Below, one piece after another: positions 14,973 through 24,792 of a stretch of 33,095 nucleotides of DNA (the first letter of the stretch is position 1; each line of letters starts with the position of its first letter). Source of the stretch: a virus. The notes under the pieces are model-generated. The model was given only the letters and a program-made list of their open reading frames with translations. It was not told where the DNA came from and ran no database searches. A program made the position numbers and the translations under genes. Location of the stretch: the IMG/VR virus record IMGVR_UViG_3300045988_124089; one strand, given 5' to 3'.

Positions 14973-17220
14973 TGGTACTGAGATTTTCCGGCTGTTCGGC
15001 TCCATCCTGATCGACAGCACGGAGGCCGATAAAAGCCTGAGCAAGACCGATTTCGGTGCGAAAAAGGTGCAGGAAACGCTTGGAAAGGCCGTCACGGGTG
15101 CCGCAAAGTTTGCCGCCGGTGCCGCTGCCGCAATGACGGCAGCCGGTACGGCGGTTTTTAAGTTTGCGGACAGCGTGGCCTCGGTGGGCGACAACATCGA
15201 CAAGCAGAGCCAAAAGCTCGGCCTCAGCGCAAAGGCCTATCAAGAGTGGGATGCGATCTTAGGGCACTGCGGTGCCTCCATCGACTCCATGAAGGGCGGC
15301 ATGAAGACCCTGACCAAGGCAATTGCCGACGGCTCAGACGATCAGGTGGCCGCTTTTCAGGCCGTTGGCTTGAGCCTCGACCAAGTCAAGTCGATGTCCA
15401 CCGAGGATGTGTTCTCGGCAGTCATCACGGGACTGCAAGGTATGGAGGAGGGCGCAACGCGATCCCAGCTCGCCACCACTCTGCTGGGCAAGGCAGGGCA
15501 GGAACTGGGCCCGCTGCTCAACACCAGCGCAGAGGATACCGAGAAAATGCGTCAGGCGGTCAACGAGCTGGGCGGCGTCATGAGCGACGACGCCGTGGCC
15601 GCGTCGGCTTCGTTCAAGGACGCATTGCAGGACCTGACTACTATCGGCACCGGTTTCAAAAATTCCGTTGGCTCCATGGTGCTGCCATACGTCACCGAAG
15701 CGATGACCGCGATCACAGACGGCTTCCGACAGGATGGCATCGTGGGCATGGCAAACGCTGCCGTTGAGATCGTTTCTGATTTTGCGGGGAGGCTCGTGAC
15801 GGAGATCCCGAAACTGGCCACCAGCGCGACGCAGATGGTGACGGGACTGACCGGCTACATTGAGAGCCACATGGACGAGATTCTGGCGACCGGCGGCGAG
15901 CTTGTCCTCAATCTCGTGACGGCGATCACCGAAAATACCCCCAAACTGCTGGCAGCGGGAGTGAAGCTGGTTACGGCTCTCCTCAAGGGAATTATCCAGC
16001 ATTTGCCCGATATTGCTCACGCTGGCGTCCAAATCGTCGAAGCAATAGGCAAAGAAATTGCTGAGCTGATCCAAAAGGCGCTCAACTGGGGCGCTGATTT
16101 TGTGGCGAATATCGTTAAGGGCATCCGCGATAAAATCAGCTCTGTGGCCGATGCAGCAAAGGATGTGGCCGGTGCGGTCGCCAAATTCTTGCACCATACG
16201 ACCCCCGACGAAGGCCCTCTGGCCGGAGACGATCAGTGGATGCCGGAGATGATGCAGCAGTTTGCGGACGGCATCACTGAAAACACTCCCGCTGTGGCCG
16301 AGGCGGCGGAGCAAGCGGCGGAAAAAATTGCGACGCCCTTCTCGGATTTGTCCGGCAAAATTTCCAAACTGGTTTCCGACGGCCCCATCGGTTCCATCAA
16401 AAATCTGTATACTGCTGTCAAAAAGCAGGACTGGAAAAGCGTCGGCTCGTTTGTGGCGGAAGCGGTCTACAACGGCATGAGCACCGACCAAAAGGAAAAG
16501 GCAGAGACTACCGTTGTCGGTTGGCTGACCGCCCTCAATGATGCTTATTCTACTGGTGGATGGCAGAGCGTGTTTCAGCTCGGCGCCAGCGTTGCCAATA
16601 CGCTGAGCGCGACACTTTCCCAGCATTCCGGCGCTATCGTCACAGCCGGGTCGAAATGGCTGAACGGCCTCTATCAGTACGTGTCGAAATCGACACCAGT
16701 GCTGTCCGCGCTGGCAAAGCTGCTGGGCAAAGGACTTTTCAGTGGCATTACGGCATATTTCCCGCAACTTTTTGTTGCGATCGGCAGCGTTGTCAGTACA
16801 ATTGGTACTGCTTTGTCTGGCGTCATCTCCGCAGTGATTGCAACTCTGTCCGCAATCCCTGTTGAGGGCCTCGCACTGGCGGCTATTGCGGCTGCTGGTC
16901 TGGCGGCTTTGCTGATTACGCTGGCCAAGACTAAATCTGATCTCAACAAGCAGGGCGCATCCACGAACATCGCGACCCCCAGCGAGCCGACGCCTACACC
17001 GAGTTCACCGGCTCCGCCTATGCCGCCCAAGGACCCCGGAGGAAGCTCTTCGAGCGGTTCTTCCGGCACCGGCGGCTCTGGAAGCGGCTCCACCACAGAA
17101 GAGCCCACGCCGGGCGTTACGGTCGTGCAGTATATCTATACCAACACCGACGCCACCGCATCGGACTTGATGCGGGAAGCGATCTGGGAAGCGGAAAGGA
17201 GTGCTCTCGTTGGCTTATAA
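14965..17220 (+). CDS. Tape measure protein
   Basis: 751 aa, Ala/Gly-rich and helical, with hydrophobic segments near the C-terminus and a Pro/Ser/Gly-rich tail. Canonical position. Confidence 0.88.
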   Translation: MASGTEIFRLFGSILIDSTEADKSLSKTDFGAKKVQETLGKAVTGAAKFAAGAAAAMTAAGTAVFKFADSVASVGDNIDKQSQKLGLSAKAYQEWDAILGHCGASIDSMKGGMKTLTKAIADGSDDQVAAFQAVGLSLDQVKSMSTEDVFSAVITGLQGMEEGATRSQLATTLLGKAGQELGPLLNTSAEDTEKMRQAVNELGGVMSDDAVAASASFKDALQDLTTIGTGFKNSVGSMVLPYVTEAMTAITDGFRQDGIVGMANAAVEIVSDFAGRLVTEIPKLATSATQMVTGLTGYIESHMDEILATGGELVLNLVTAITENTPKLLAAGVKLVTALLKGIIQHLPDIAHAGVQIVEAIGKEIAELIQKALNWGADFVANIVKGIRDKISSVADAAKDVAGAVAKFLHHTTPDEGPLAGDDQWMPEMMQQFADGITENTPAVAEAAEQAAEKIATPFSDLSGKISKLVSDGPIGSIKNLYTAVKKQDWKSVGSFVAEAVYNGMSTDQKEKAETTVVGWLTALNDAYSTGGWQSVFQLGASVANTLSATLSQHSGAIVTAGSKWLNGLYQYVSKSTPVLSALAKLLGKGLFSGITAYFPQLFVAIGSVVSTIGTALSGVISAVIATLSAIPVEGLALAAIAAAGLAALLITLAKTKSDLNKQGASTNIATPSEPTPTPSSPAPPMPPKDPGGSSSSGSSGTGGSGSGSTTEEPTPGVTVVQYIYTNTDATASDLMREAIWEAERSALVGL

Positions 17221-18073
17221 AATCGATATCCAGACCGCCAATGGCCGCGAAGTGCTCATCAACGTGCCCGGCTCTGGTCTGAAAGGCAATCTTGACCCGA
17301 TCAGCGGCGTGGATGTGGATATCTCCACAAGTCAGAGCGTCAATCAGGTGGGTGAAAGCATTGACTCGCAGACCGTCGGCGGGGTTCTGCGTACGATCAG
17401 CGGCGAGTGCCTGAGCACCACAGCGGCGAAACAGCTTTTGTCCGCACTGCCGCCGCTCACGGAGGGACGTCTAATCCTGAACGATCTCTATTTCACGGAG
17501 TACGTGGTCAAAAAATCGCCCTACGTCGTCCGCACAGCGGGCAGCCGGAACGGCCGCACCTTTTCACTCATGCTCTACTGCCGAAAACCATACTGGCAGC
17601 GGCTGGATGCGACACAAACTGTCTTAGGTGGATTTTCGCCTACATTCCGGTTCCCGGTCAATTATTCCACGCCCCACCGCTTTGGCGTCAAAAGAGTAAA
17701 CGCATTTGTGAATATTCGGAATGACGGCGATTTTCCGGCCACCTTTCTGGCTGAATTTTCGGCAGTTGGTGGGAATGTGGAAAATCCGGTGCTGCTGAAT
17801 GTGGTGACATTGGAAAAACTCCGCTTTTTGACGACACTGACGGCGGGCCAGACTCTGCGCGTTTATCATGACAACGACCATTTGGCCGTTGTCCGGGTGG
17901 AACATCAAACCGAAACCGATGCTTTTGCCTTTCTGGATGACGACAGCAGCCTTTTTGAGCTTGCGGCAGGTGACAACATTCTCCGCGCCGGAGCAGACTC
18001 CGGTGAAGAAAGTTTGCAGTGCACGCTCTCTTTTTATGCGGCTTATATGGGGGTGTATCCAGATGATTTTTGA
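17201..18073 (+). CDS. Distal tail protein (Dit-like)
   Basis: About 290 aa, directly after the TMP. GTG 17201, or TTG 17210 which lies 9 nt after AAAGGA. Confidence 0.65.
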   Translation: MLSLAYKIDIQTANGREVLINVPGSGLKGNLDPISGVDVDISTSQSVNQVGESIDSQTVGGVLRTISGECLSTTAAKQLLSALPPLTEGRLILNDLYFTEYVVKKSPYVVRTAGSRNGRTFSLMLYCRKPYWQRLDATQTVLGGFSPTFRFPVNYSTPHRFGVKRVNAFVNIRNDGDFPATFLAEFSAVGGNVENPVLLNVVTLEKLRFLTTLTAGQTLRVYHDNDHLAVVRVEHQTETDAFAFLDDDSSLFELAAGDNILRAGADSGEESLQCTLSFYAAYMGVYPDDF

Positions 18074-19079
18074 TGTGATTGACCCGGATACCCTTTCGAC
18101 GATCCGACAGGTGAACACATGGCGCAGCATGACGTGGAAACGTGGATACAACACCGAAGGCAAGTTTTTGATCGAGGTGGACAACACCGCCGAAAACGCG
18201 CAATTGCTCTCGGCTGGCCGGTATCTGCGTGAGCATGGCACTGAAAATGCCGTTGTCCTGACCGCAGGGTATAATGAACCCGGCGGGCACACATGGGTCG
18301 CAACTGGGTACCCGCTGACCAACCTGCTCCGCAGACGGGTCAGCACTACCGTTATCAGTCAGCAGACGGCAGAGCTCGCCCTGCGAGCGCTCTTTGAAGA
18401 GTGTTTTTCCGAGGGCCGGGCGCTGCCACGGCTGAGCCTCGACGACCCGGCGGGGCTGACAGTCACATATGCGCAACAGCTCAGCGGGAAAAGCTTCTAT
18501 GAGTATGCTGAGACCATCTGTCAGGCGCTCGATATTGGGTTCCGGGTGCGGATGGTGGGGAGCAACGACGAAAAAAAGCTGCTGTTTGGGCTCTACCAGC
18601 CGCCGCGAAATCCAAACCTGAAATATCGCAAGCTCTATGGCAACCTCGAACAAGTCCAGCTCAAAATCTCCGATACCGATTATGCCAATGTGGCGTTGGT
18701 TCTGGGCTCCGGCGAGGGCGATACCCGCACAAAGTGCGTCGTCGGTGACATTGCCAGCACTGGAAACGCCCGGCGGGAGATCGTGATCGACGCCCGCGAC
18801 ATCCAGCCGCAGGATGGAGAGACCACCGCAAGCCAGAGCTATATCAACCGCCTTGCAATGCGTGGATACGAGAAACTGCTGGAAAAGCAGAAAATCGACA
18901 GTCTGAGTTTCCAGATCGCCGATGATGGCCGGGCAGAGCTGGGCAATATTGTCACTTGCATTGTCGATGGAGTGCGGCTGTCGTCTGAGGCGCGTATCAC
19001 TGAGATCGAGATCACAGGGAAAAAGGGAGCAATCAGCCGGAAAATCACGGTCGGAACTCCCGTTATTAGGAGGCGATAA
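18063..19079 (+). CDS. Tail-associated protein (Siphovirus Gp37/Tal-like)
   Basis: ATG 18063 overlaps the Dit stop. 338 aa. The upstream part of ORF 17868-19079 overlaps Dit and was rejected. Called by position after Dit. Confidence 0.55.
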   Translation: MIFDVIDPDTLSTIRQVNTWRSMTWKRGYNTEGKFLIEVDNTAENAQLLSAGRYLREHGTENAVVLTAGYNEPGGHTWVATGYPLTNLLRRRVSTTVISQQTAELALRALFEECFSEGRALPRLSLDDPAGLTVTYAQQLSGKSFYEYAETICQALDIGFRVRMVGSNDEKKLLFGLYQPPRNPNLKYRKLYGNLEQVQLKISDTDYANVALVLGSGEGDTRTKCVVGDIASTGNARREIVIDARDIQPQDGETTASQSYINRLAMRGYEKLLEKQKIDSLSFQIADDGRAELGNIVTCIVDGVRLSSEARITEIEITGKKGAISRKITVGTPVIRRR

Positions 19080-19081
19080 TT

Positions 19082-20896
19082 TTGGCTATTACTACTTACC
19101 CCCTCAACGGCATCGACTACGACGCCGCCGACGCTGCCGGGTTCACCGCCACCCGCACGTCGGGCGTGTACAGCAGCGAGGAGGATTTCGCCGTCACCGC
19201 GGCGGGCGGCTTGTCCGTGACCGTCAGCGCGGGCGTGGGCTGGGTGAACCCCGCCCGGTTTGAGGGCTACAGCGTCATCATGCGGGAGGCCGAGACCCTG
19301 ACCCTCGCCCTTGCGGACGGCCAGCGCCCCCGCATCGACCGCATCGTGCTGCGCTACGACGCAGCAGCCCGCAAGTCCTCCCTGCTGGTATTGCAGGGAA
19401 CCCCCGACACTCAGCCCACCGCGCCGGGCATCTCCCGCACGGCGCTGCTGTACGACCTGTGCCTCGCCCAGATCACCCGCCCCGCCGGTTCCACCACCAT
19501 CGTCACGGGCAACATCACCGACACCCGGCTCGACCCCGCCCTCTGCGGCGTCATGCGGGACGGCGTGACGGGCATCCCGACGGAGGAACTGATCGCGTCC
19601 GCGCGGGAGCGCATCAACGCGCTGGAAGAGACGGCCAGCGCCGCCGCCAAAGAGGCCGACGCCAGCAAGACCGCAGCGGCACAGTCGGAGGCCAACGCCG
19701 AGGCGTACAAAGAGGCCGCTGCTACGTCGGAGAGCAACGCCGCTGGCAGCGCCTCCGCCTCTGCCGATTCCGCTGCCGCAGCCGCCCGGAGCGAGAGCGC
19801 CGCGGCGGGAAGTGCCACGAAAGCAGTCGGCTCGGCCAGCGCAGCGGAGCAAGCCAAAGCGGCAGCGGCGACGTCGGAGGCCAACGCCGCCAAACATGAG
19901 GAAGCCGCAAAGAAAGCGGCTGACGAGGCCGGGGCCAAGGCAGGGACGGATAAGACCCTGAGCATTGAGAACGCACCGGCGGATGCAAAGGCCACCGGTG
20001 ACGCGCTGGCAAAAAAAGTGGGCAAGGATGTCATCCTCGACGAGGACGGCAACGTGATTTTTTACAGCAAAGCCGCTGTGGATGAGCTGCTGGCGGGCAA
20101 GCTCTCCCTCTCTGGCGGCACGCTGACTGGCCCGTTGATTCTTCCCGGTGGGATGACCGCTCTTGGCTATGCGAACAATGCGGGAAACCGCAATGCCATG
20201 CCGCCCCGTGACCGCAGCCTCGGTGCGCCCACCACAGAGCATTTCGAGATGATCGGAAGTGACAAGTACAACGAGCTATTCCTCGGCGACTACTGGACGG
20301 TGGAAGGCGTGGACTGGGTCATCGGCGATTTCAAGTTTTGGTACAACACTGGCGATACGGCTTGCACGAAGCCCCATGTTGTTGTGTTCCCCCGAAACAG
20401 ACTGTATACTTACAAGTTCAACCCCACCGACACGACTGCGGGCGGCTATGTTGGCTCTGACCTGTACAAGAACGGCCTGACGCAGGCAAGGCAGATGGTC
20501 ACTGCTGCATTTGGCTCTGCCCATATCCTGAACCACCGTGAATATCTGGTCAACGCTGTCACCAACGGCAAGCCTACTGGCACGGACTGGTACGACAGCA
20601 CTGTGGAGCTGATGAACGAGAACATGGTCTATGGCGGCAGACAGTTCAGCCCCATGCCGGACGGCGCAACTAACCCGTGGAGTACCTGCCGTAACTATAC
20701 CATCAACAAGAGCCAACTGTCCCTGTTCCGCTACGAGCCGTGGATGATTTGTAACGGACAGTGGTATTGGCTGCAAGACGTCGTCTCGGCAGTCGGTTTC
20801 GCGGATGTCAGCAGCTACGGCAACGGCCTTGCGGACTGCACCTCTGCCAGTAGAAACGGTGGCGTTCGCCCTGTCGTCGGTATCTGCCAACAATAA
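19082..20896 (+). CDS. Tail fibre / receptor-binding protein with Ala-rich coiled-coil stalk
   Basis: 604 aa; TTG start 10 nt after GGAGG. Conserved-looking N-terminal anchoring domain, then a ~150-aa A/S/E-rich stalk (AAKEADASKTAAAQSEANAEAYKEAAATSESNAAG...), then a globular W/Y/C-rich C-terminal domain. Confidence 0.65.
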   Translation: MAITTYPLNGIDYDAADAAGFTATRTSGVYSSEEDFAVTAAGGLSVTVSAGVGWVNPARFEGYSVIMREAETLTLALADGQRPRIDRIVLRYDAAARKSSLLVLQGTPDTQPTAPGISRTALLYDLCLAQITRPAGSTTIVTGNITDTRLDPALCGVMRDGVTGIPTEELIASARERINALEETASAAAKEADASKTAAAQSEANAEAYKEAAATSESNAAGSASASADSAAAAARSESAAAGSATKAVGSASAAEQAKAAAATSEANAAKHEEAAKKAADEAGAKAGTDKTLSIENAPADAKATGDALAKKVGKDVILDEDGNVIFYSKAAVDELLAGKLSLSGGTLTGPLILPGGMTALGYANNAGNRNAMPPRDRSLGAPTTEHFEMIGSDKYNELFLGDYWTVEGVDWVIGDFKFWYNTGDTACTKPHVVVFPRNRLYTYKFNPTDTTAGGYVGSDLYKNGLTQARQMVTAAFGSAHILNHREYLVNAVTNGKPTGTDWYDSTVELMNENMVYGGRQFSPMPDGATNPWSTCRNYTINKSQLSLFRYEPWMICNGQWYWLQDVVSAVGFADVSSYGNGLADCTSASRNGGVRPVVGICQQ

Positions 20897-20910
20897 AATG
20901 GAGGAAAGAG

Positions 20911-21279
20911 ATGAAGACATTCACCATTACCTTTGCCGATGGGACAAAGCTCGAAAACCTGACCCTGAACCCCGGTGCGAATACGTTCCACTCTAAAACC
21001 GAGATCACCGCAGAAACGTTCGACGGCAAGCTGTCGGAAGTACACATTGCCGCCAGCGACGGCGATATGACCGAGTGTGCTTACCCGGACACCCTGCACG
21101 ATGCAGAGCTTGTGCAGATCATGCAGCCCGCTGACACCCCGGACGGGACGTGGCAGTTTATCTTACGAGAGATTCCAGAGGACGAAGTCGCTAAAGCCAA
21201 AGCAGAAAAACGTTTTACTTCGTTGGAAGCGGCAAACGACGACCTTGTGCTCATGATGGCTGATTTGATTGGAGGTTAA
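20911..21279 (+). CDS. Hypothetical tail/lysis-junction protein
   Basis: 122-aa ORF with GGAGGAAAGAG RBS. No motif recognised. Confidence 0.55.
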   Translation: MKTFTITFADGTKLENLTLNPGANTFHSKTEITAETFDGKLSEVHIAASDGDMTECAYPDTLHDAELVQIMQPADTPDGTWQFILREIPEDEVAKAKAEKRFTSLEAANDDLVLMMADLIGG

Positions 21280-21283
21280 AACT

Positions 21284-21454
21284 ATGAAGACGCTGAACGC
21301 ACTCAAGCTGCGCATTATGGTGCGCGCATTCCGCATCCGGCTGAACAACGGCGAAGCCTTTGAGAAAATCGCGGCGGATTACCCCGTCCTGACCGCAGAT
21401 GACCTTGAGGATATCCACGTCCAACTGGTCAAGGAGGCGCAGGAAAATGGCTGA
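21284..21454 (+). CDS. Small hypothetical protein (XkdX-like position)
   Basis: 56 aa, ATG 9 nt after GGAGG. Lies between the fibre genes and the endolysin. Confidence 0.45.
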   Translation: MKTLNALKLRIMVRAFRIRLNNGEAFEKIAADYPVLTADDLEDIHVQLVKEAQENG

Positions 21455-22133
21455 TAAGACCATTATGGACGTCTCCCGCTGGCAGGGGCGCATCGACTGG
21501 GACAAGGTCAAGGCAAGCGGCCTTGTCTCCGGTGTGATGCTCAAAACTGTCAGCACAAACCGCAAGCTGAGCAAGCGCAAGGATGGGTTGTACATTGACC
21601 CGACCTTTGAGCGCAACTATGCCGAATGCAAGCGCGTTAGTCTGCCGGTCGGCGTATACTACTACACCTACGCCACCGATAAAGAGATGGCAGACGCAGA
21701 GCTTGCCTTGCTCAAGACTGCCTTGACCGGAAAGACCTTTGAGTTGCCCATAAGCGTGGACGTGGAGGACAACAAAATCAAGAAGCTGTCCACACAGGCG
21801 CTGACCGACCTTGCCGCTTATGCGCTTGCTACGGTGGAGCGCTGGGGCTTTTATGCCCTGCTGTATGTTGGGCTGAATTTTGCGCAGACGGAGTTGTACA
21901 TGGGTGGCGCGGCGCTGCGCAAGTACGATGTATGGCTGGCAAGATATCCCGGAGACAAGAGCAAGACCAAACCGGAGGACAAGCCCAAAACAGACTTTTC
22001 CTTTGGGATGTGGCAGTACACCAGCACCGCCAGCGTTCCGGGCGTGAGCGGCAACGTAGACCTGAGCCATGCGTATAAGGACTATGCTGCCATCATTGCG
22101 AAAAAGGGGCTTGACAGGCTCCGGGAGGTGTAA
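21447..22133 (+). CDS. Endolysin, GH25 muramidase family
   Basis: MADKTIMDVSRWQGRIDWDKVKASG....MLK......DPTFERNY......PVGVYYY.....ELPISVDVED matches the GH25 (DxSxWQ ... D.E) signature. Confidence 0.85.
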   Translation: MADKTIMDVSRWQGRIDWDKVKASGLVSGVMLKTVSTNRKLSKRKDGLYIDPTFERNYAECKRVSLPVGVYYYTYATDKEMADAELALLKTALTGKTFELPISVDVEDNKIKKLSTQALTDLAAYALATVERWGFYALLYVGLNFAQTELYMGGAALRKYDVWLARYPGDKSKTKPEDKPKTDFSFGMWQYTSTASVPGVSGNVDLSHAYKDYAAIIAKKGLDRLREV

Positions 22134-22137
22134 GCCC

Positions 22138-22440
22138 ATGCCGCAGATTCTCTCGTACATCTCTGCACACTGGACGGAATGGGCCATCGGGCTACTGGGC
22201 CTTGGCTGGGGCTACCTTGTCAAAAAGGTGACTGAGTACAAGACCATCAAAGACGGTCTGCTGGCCATCATGCACGACCGCCTGTACCAGTCCTGTACCT
22301 TTTACATCAAGCAGGGCAGCATTGACACTGGCGGCCTGAAAAACATCGAATATCTTTACAAAAGCTATCACGCACTGGGCGGCAACGGCACTGGCACAGA
22401 ATTGTACAACCGGGCCAAAGCCCTGCCCCTCTGTGACTGA
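22138..22440 (+). CDS. Membrane-anchored protein, possible holin/lysis accessory
   Basis: 100 aa with one N-terminal hydrophobic segment (WTEWAIGLLGLGWGYLV). Adjacent to the endolysin. Confidence 0.4.
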   Translation: MPQILSYISAHWTEWAIGLLGLGWGYLVKKVTEYKTIKDGLLAIMHDRLYQSCTFYIKQGSIDTGGLKNIEYLYKSYHALGGNGTGTELYNRAKALPLCD

Positions 22441-22455
22441 AAGGAGTAGAAATAC

Positions 22456-22797
22456 ATGGAAACTATCCTTAACACCATTCTCACCCCGCTGCCTTCGTGG
22501 TTGGCGCTGGTTCTCATCGTTGTGGGCGCTGTGTCGCTTGTGCTGGGGCTTATCCGTCTGGGCTACGGCGCGGCGGTCAAGGGCACTGTGCTCGACCTCA
22601 TTGCAAGGGCGGAGCACGAGATTCAGGGCACGAAGCGCGGCGCAGAACGCAAGGCGTGGTGCGTCAAGATGCTGCGCACCTATCTGGACAACAGCAAGTG
22701 GGGCAAGCTGGTCTCGTGGGCAATCACGGAAGAGACCATGAGCAAGGTCATTCAGTTTTTCTTTGACCGCATGAAGGCGGCACTGCAAAAGCAGTAA
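22456..22797 (+). CDS. Holin-like protein (LL-H-type architecture)
   Basis: 113 aa. N-terminal TM segment (LPSWLALVLIVVGAVSLVLGLI) followed by a charged helical domain. AAGGAG RBS. Confidence 0.5.
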   Translation: METILNTILTPLPSWLALVLIVVGAVSLVLGLIRLGYGAAVKGTVLDLIARAEHEIQGTKRGAERKAWCVKMLRTYLDNSKWGKLVSWAITEETMSKVIQFFFDRMKAALQKQ

Positions 22798-22807
22798 GGA
22801 GGATATC

Positions 22808-23044
22808 ATGGGCACTACATACGAGCATTTTGTTGACACTAGCAAAATGTACGTCGCACAAGAGCAATTTCGGCACATCACGAAAATGGTCTGCGCATGT
22901 CTTCGTGGCCTCACGAAAACATACCATCTCGGCAACGTCCCCGTAATGGTGCGCAACGCCGGACAGTTGCCGCAGCCTTTCTGGCTCGGTGCTGCCCGTG
23001 GCGGCGGCTCGCGTAGTGCTGCCCGCTGCGCTGCAAGGACTTGA
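22808..23044 (+). pseudogene. 5' part of a frame-broken sigma-region-4-like gene (or independent small ORF)
   Basis: Strong AAGGAGG RBS before ATG 22808. The ORF ends at 23044, while the HTH-encoding frame (open from 22947) has no RBS of its own. Confidence 0.3.
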
Positions 23045-23216
23045 CCGACAGCAGATGACCGCCGCCATCAAAAGCGCACCGCTTGGGAGGGTGGACCGTA
23101 AGATAGCCTTACTGCGGTACGTTGAGCGGCTCCCGCTGCCGGACATTGCGGCACAGACACATTACAGCCGGAGAGCCGTGTGCTACCGGCTGGACAAAAT
23201 AAAGCGTCTTTTCTGA
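22989..23216 (+). CDS. Sigma-70 region-4-like HTH segment
   Basis: LQGLDRQQMTAAIKS....RKIALLRYVERLPLPDIAAQTHYSRRAVCYRLDKIKRLF resembles sigma region 4.1/4.2. The nominal GTG start lacks an RBS. Confidence 0.5.
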   Translation: MLPVAAARVVLPAALQGLDRQQMTAAIKSAPLGRVDRKIALLRYVERLPLPDIAAQTHYSRRAVCYRLDKIKRLF

Positions 23217-23225
23217 CGATGCGAC

Positions 23226-23266
23226 AATCCCCCGGTGTCCACAGTGGACATCGGGGGATTTTTTGT
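23226..23266 (+). terminator. Strong intrinsic terminator (contains palindrome copy 4, 23235-23251)
   Basis: AATCCCCCG-GTGTCCA-CAG-TGGACAT-CGGGGGATT forms a ~16-bp stem followed by a T-run. Confidence 0.85.
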
Positions 23267-23280
23267 TATACGGATTTTTT

Positions 23281-23316
23281 CAGCGCCTGTGCATTTTTTG
23301 CATGGGCGCTTTTTTG
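23281..23316 (+). terminator. Second, tandem intrinsic terminator
   Basis: AGCGCC...GGCGCT stem with an internal TGCA/TGCA, followed by TTTTTTGTTTC. Confidence 0.55.
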
Positions 23317-23399
23317 TTTCTTTCGTTGCGCACTCCCTGCGCACTCGCATCCGGCCATACTGCTACACTTAGGCCACAAAAGCAAGGGAGGATTGCGAT

Positions 23400-23804
23400 A
23401 TGGGTATGTATGACGGTTGGTCACATCCGAATCAGTACAACCGCCAGCCGTACAACGGATACGGCCAGATGCAGCAGCCGCAGGTGGCGCAAAACCCGTT
23501 TCTGATGGTGCCGACCATCGCGGATGTGGACAAGGTGGTTGCTCAAGCAGGGGAGACCCGCTGGATCATGGTGCAAAACGATGCGGTCATCGCGGTCAAG
23601 ACGGCCAATGCGATGGGATACGCGACCACGGAGTACTACCGGCTGTCAAAGTTCGACCCGGCGGCCATGCAGACACCGGCACCGGGCTGCAACTATGTGA
23701 CCGAGCAGCAGATGGAAGAGCGGATCAACGCCGCGATCTCTCAGGTGATGAGTCAGATGCAGCCTGTTCCCGCCGCAAAATCCACCCGGACTAAGGAGGC
23801 ATAA
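23400..23804 (+). CDS. Cargo cassette gene A: hypothetical, Q/N/Y-rich N-terminus
   Basis: 134 aa with GGGAGGA RBS. N-terminus NQYNRQPYNGYGQMQQPQVAQNP. Confidence 0.6.
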   Translation: MGMYDGWSHPNQYNRQPYNGYGQMQQPQVAQNPFLMVPTIADVDKVVAQAGETRWIMVQNDAVIAVKTANAMGYATTEYYRLSKFDPAAMQTPAPGCNYVTEQQMEERINAAISQVMSQMQPVPAAKSTRTKEA

Positions 23805-23806
23805 CG

Positions 23807-24034
23807 ATGAGTAACCCGCTGATGCAGTTCATGGGCGGCGGTGCGCCGTCCGGCCTTCCCGGCCCTCTGGGCAACATGGCGCAGATTTTGCAGCAGTTCC
23901 AGCAGTTCCGGGCCTCTTTTAAGGGCGACCCGAAGCAACAGGTGGAGATGCTGCGGAAGTCCGGTAAGATGTCGGATGCTCAGTATCAGCAACTGGAGGC
24001 AATGGCCAAGCAGATCATGCCCTTCCTCAAGTAG
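23807..24034 (+). CDS. Cargo cassette gene B: small Q-rich helical protein
   Basis: 75 aa with AAGGAGG RBS. Sequence MSNPLMQFMGGGAPSG...ILQQFQQFRASFKGDPKQQVEMLRKSGKMSDAQYQQLEAMAKQIM. Confidence 0.6.
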   Translation: MSNPLMQFMGGGAPSGLPGPLGNMAQILQQFQQFRASFKGDPKQQVEMLRKSGKMSDAQYQQLEAMAKQIMPFLK

Positions 24035-24093
24035 TCGGAGAGTTGTGCGCACAACTTGAAATATATTCACAATTCGCAAGAAAGGAAATCAAT

Positions 24094-24732
24094 ATGGACA
24101 ATATGAGTCTTAGCGATATCGCTGCCGTGACCCGTGGCAACGATAACGACGGCTGGGGACAGGGCGGCGCGTGGTGGATCATCATCCTCTTCCTGTTCGT
24201 CTTTATGGGCGGCGGTGGCCTGTGGGGCAACCGTCAGGGCGAGTATGGTCAGTATGCCACTGCGGCAAGCCAGCAGGAAATCCTCTATGGCCAGCAGTTC
24301 GGCCAGATCAACGACCGCCTGACCAACATCGGCAACGGTATCTGTAATCTCGGCTATGAGATGCAGGGCAACATCGGCCAGCTCGGCAAGGAAGTTGCTC
24401 TGGCACAGGCTGGTACCAACACCACCATCCTCCAGACCGGAAACAGCATCCAGAGCCAGCTCGCACAGTGCTGCTGCGACAACCGTCTGGCAACGGCCAA
24501 TCTGTCCGCTCAGATGGACAAGCAGACCTGCGCGATCAACTCCAACATCGACGCGAAGTTTGCCGAACTCCAGAAGAACCAGCTTGAGCAGACCATCGCG
24601 GCACAGGCCCAGCGCATCAACCAGTTGGAACTCCAGAGCCAGATGACCAACGTTGTGCGGTATCCTAACGGGTACACCTACAACGCAGGGCCGTCGCCCT
24701 TCTGCGGCTGCAATGGCTGTGGCAACATCTAA
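24094..24732 (+). CDS. Cargo cassette gene C: membrane-anchored Q/N-rich coiled-coil protein with Cys-rich C-terminus
   Basis: ATG 24094. Gly/Trp segment plus TM (GGAWWIIILFLFVFMGGGGLWG), long Q/N-rich repeats, a CCC motif, and the C-terminal sequence FCGCNGCGNI. Confidence 0.6.
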   Translation: MDNMSLSDIAAVTRGNDNDGWGQGGAWWIIILFLFVFMGGGGLWGNRQGEYGQYATAASQQEILYGQQFGQINDRLTNIGNGICNLGYEMQGNIGQLGKEVALAQAGTNTTILQTGNSIQSQLAQCCCDNRLATANLSAQMDKQTCAINSNIDAKFAELQKNQLEQTIAAQAQRINQLELQSQMTNVVRYPNGYTYNAGPSPFCGCNGCGNI

Positions 24733-24759
24733 CATCTGACGCCCTATCGGCGAGGACAC

Positions 24760-24792
24760 GCGGGGCGGCAAAAGCTGCTCCGCTTATTTTTT
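24760..24792 (+). terminator. Intrinsic terminator/attenuator between cassette genes C and D
   Basis: GCGGGGCGGC-AAAA-GCTGCTCCGC forms a 10-bp stem (2 G-U pairs) followed by TTATTTTTT. Confidence 0.65.

Noticed and set aside
19600-19980. Ala/Ser/Glu-rich repeats in the fibre gene as a hypervariable or contingency locus
   Set aside because: The repeats are degenerate at the DNA level, with no exact tandem units, and are typical of coiled-coil stalks of Firmicute phage fibres. No mutagenic machinery is present.
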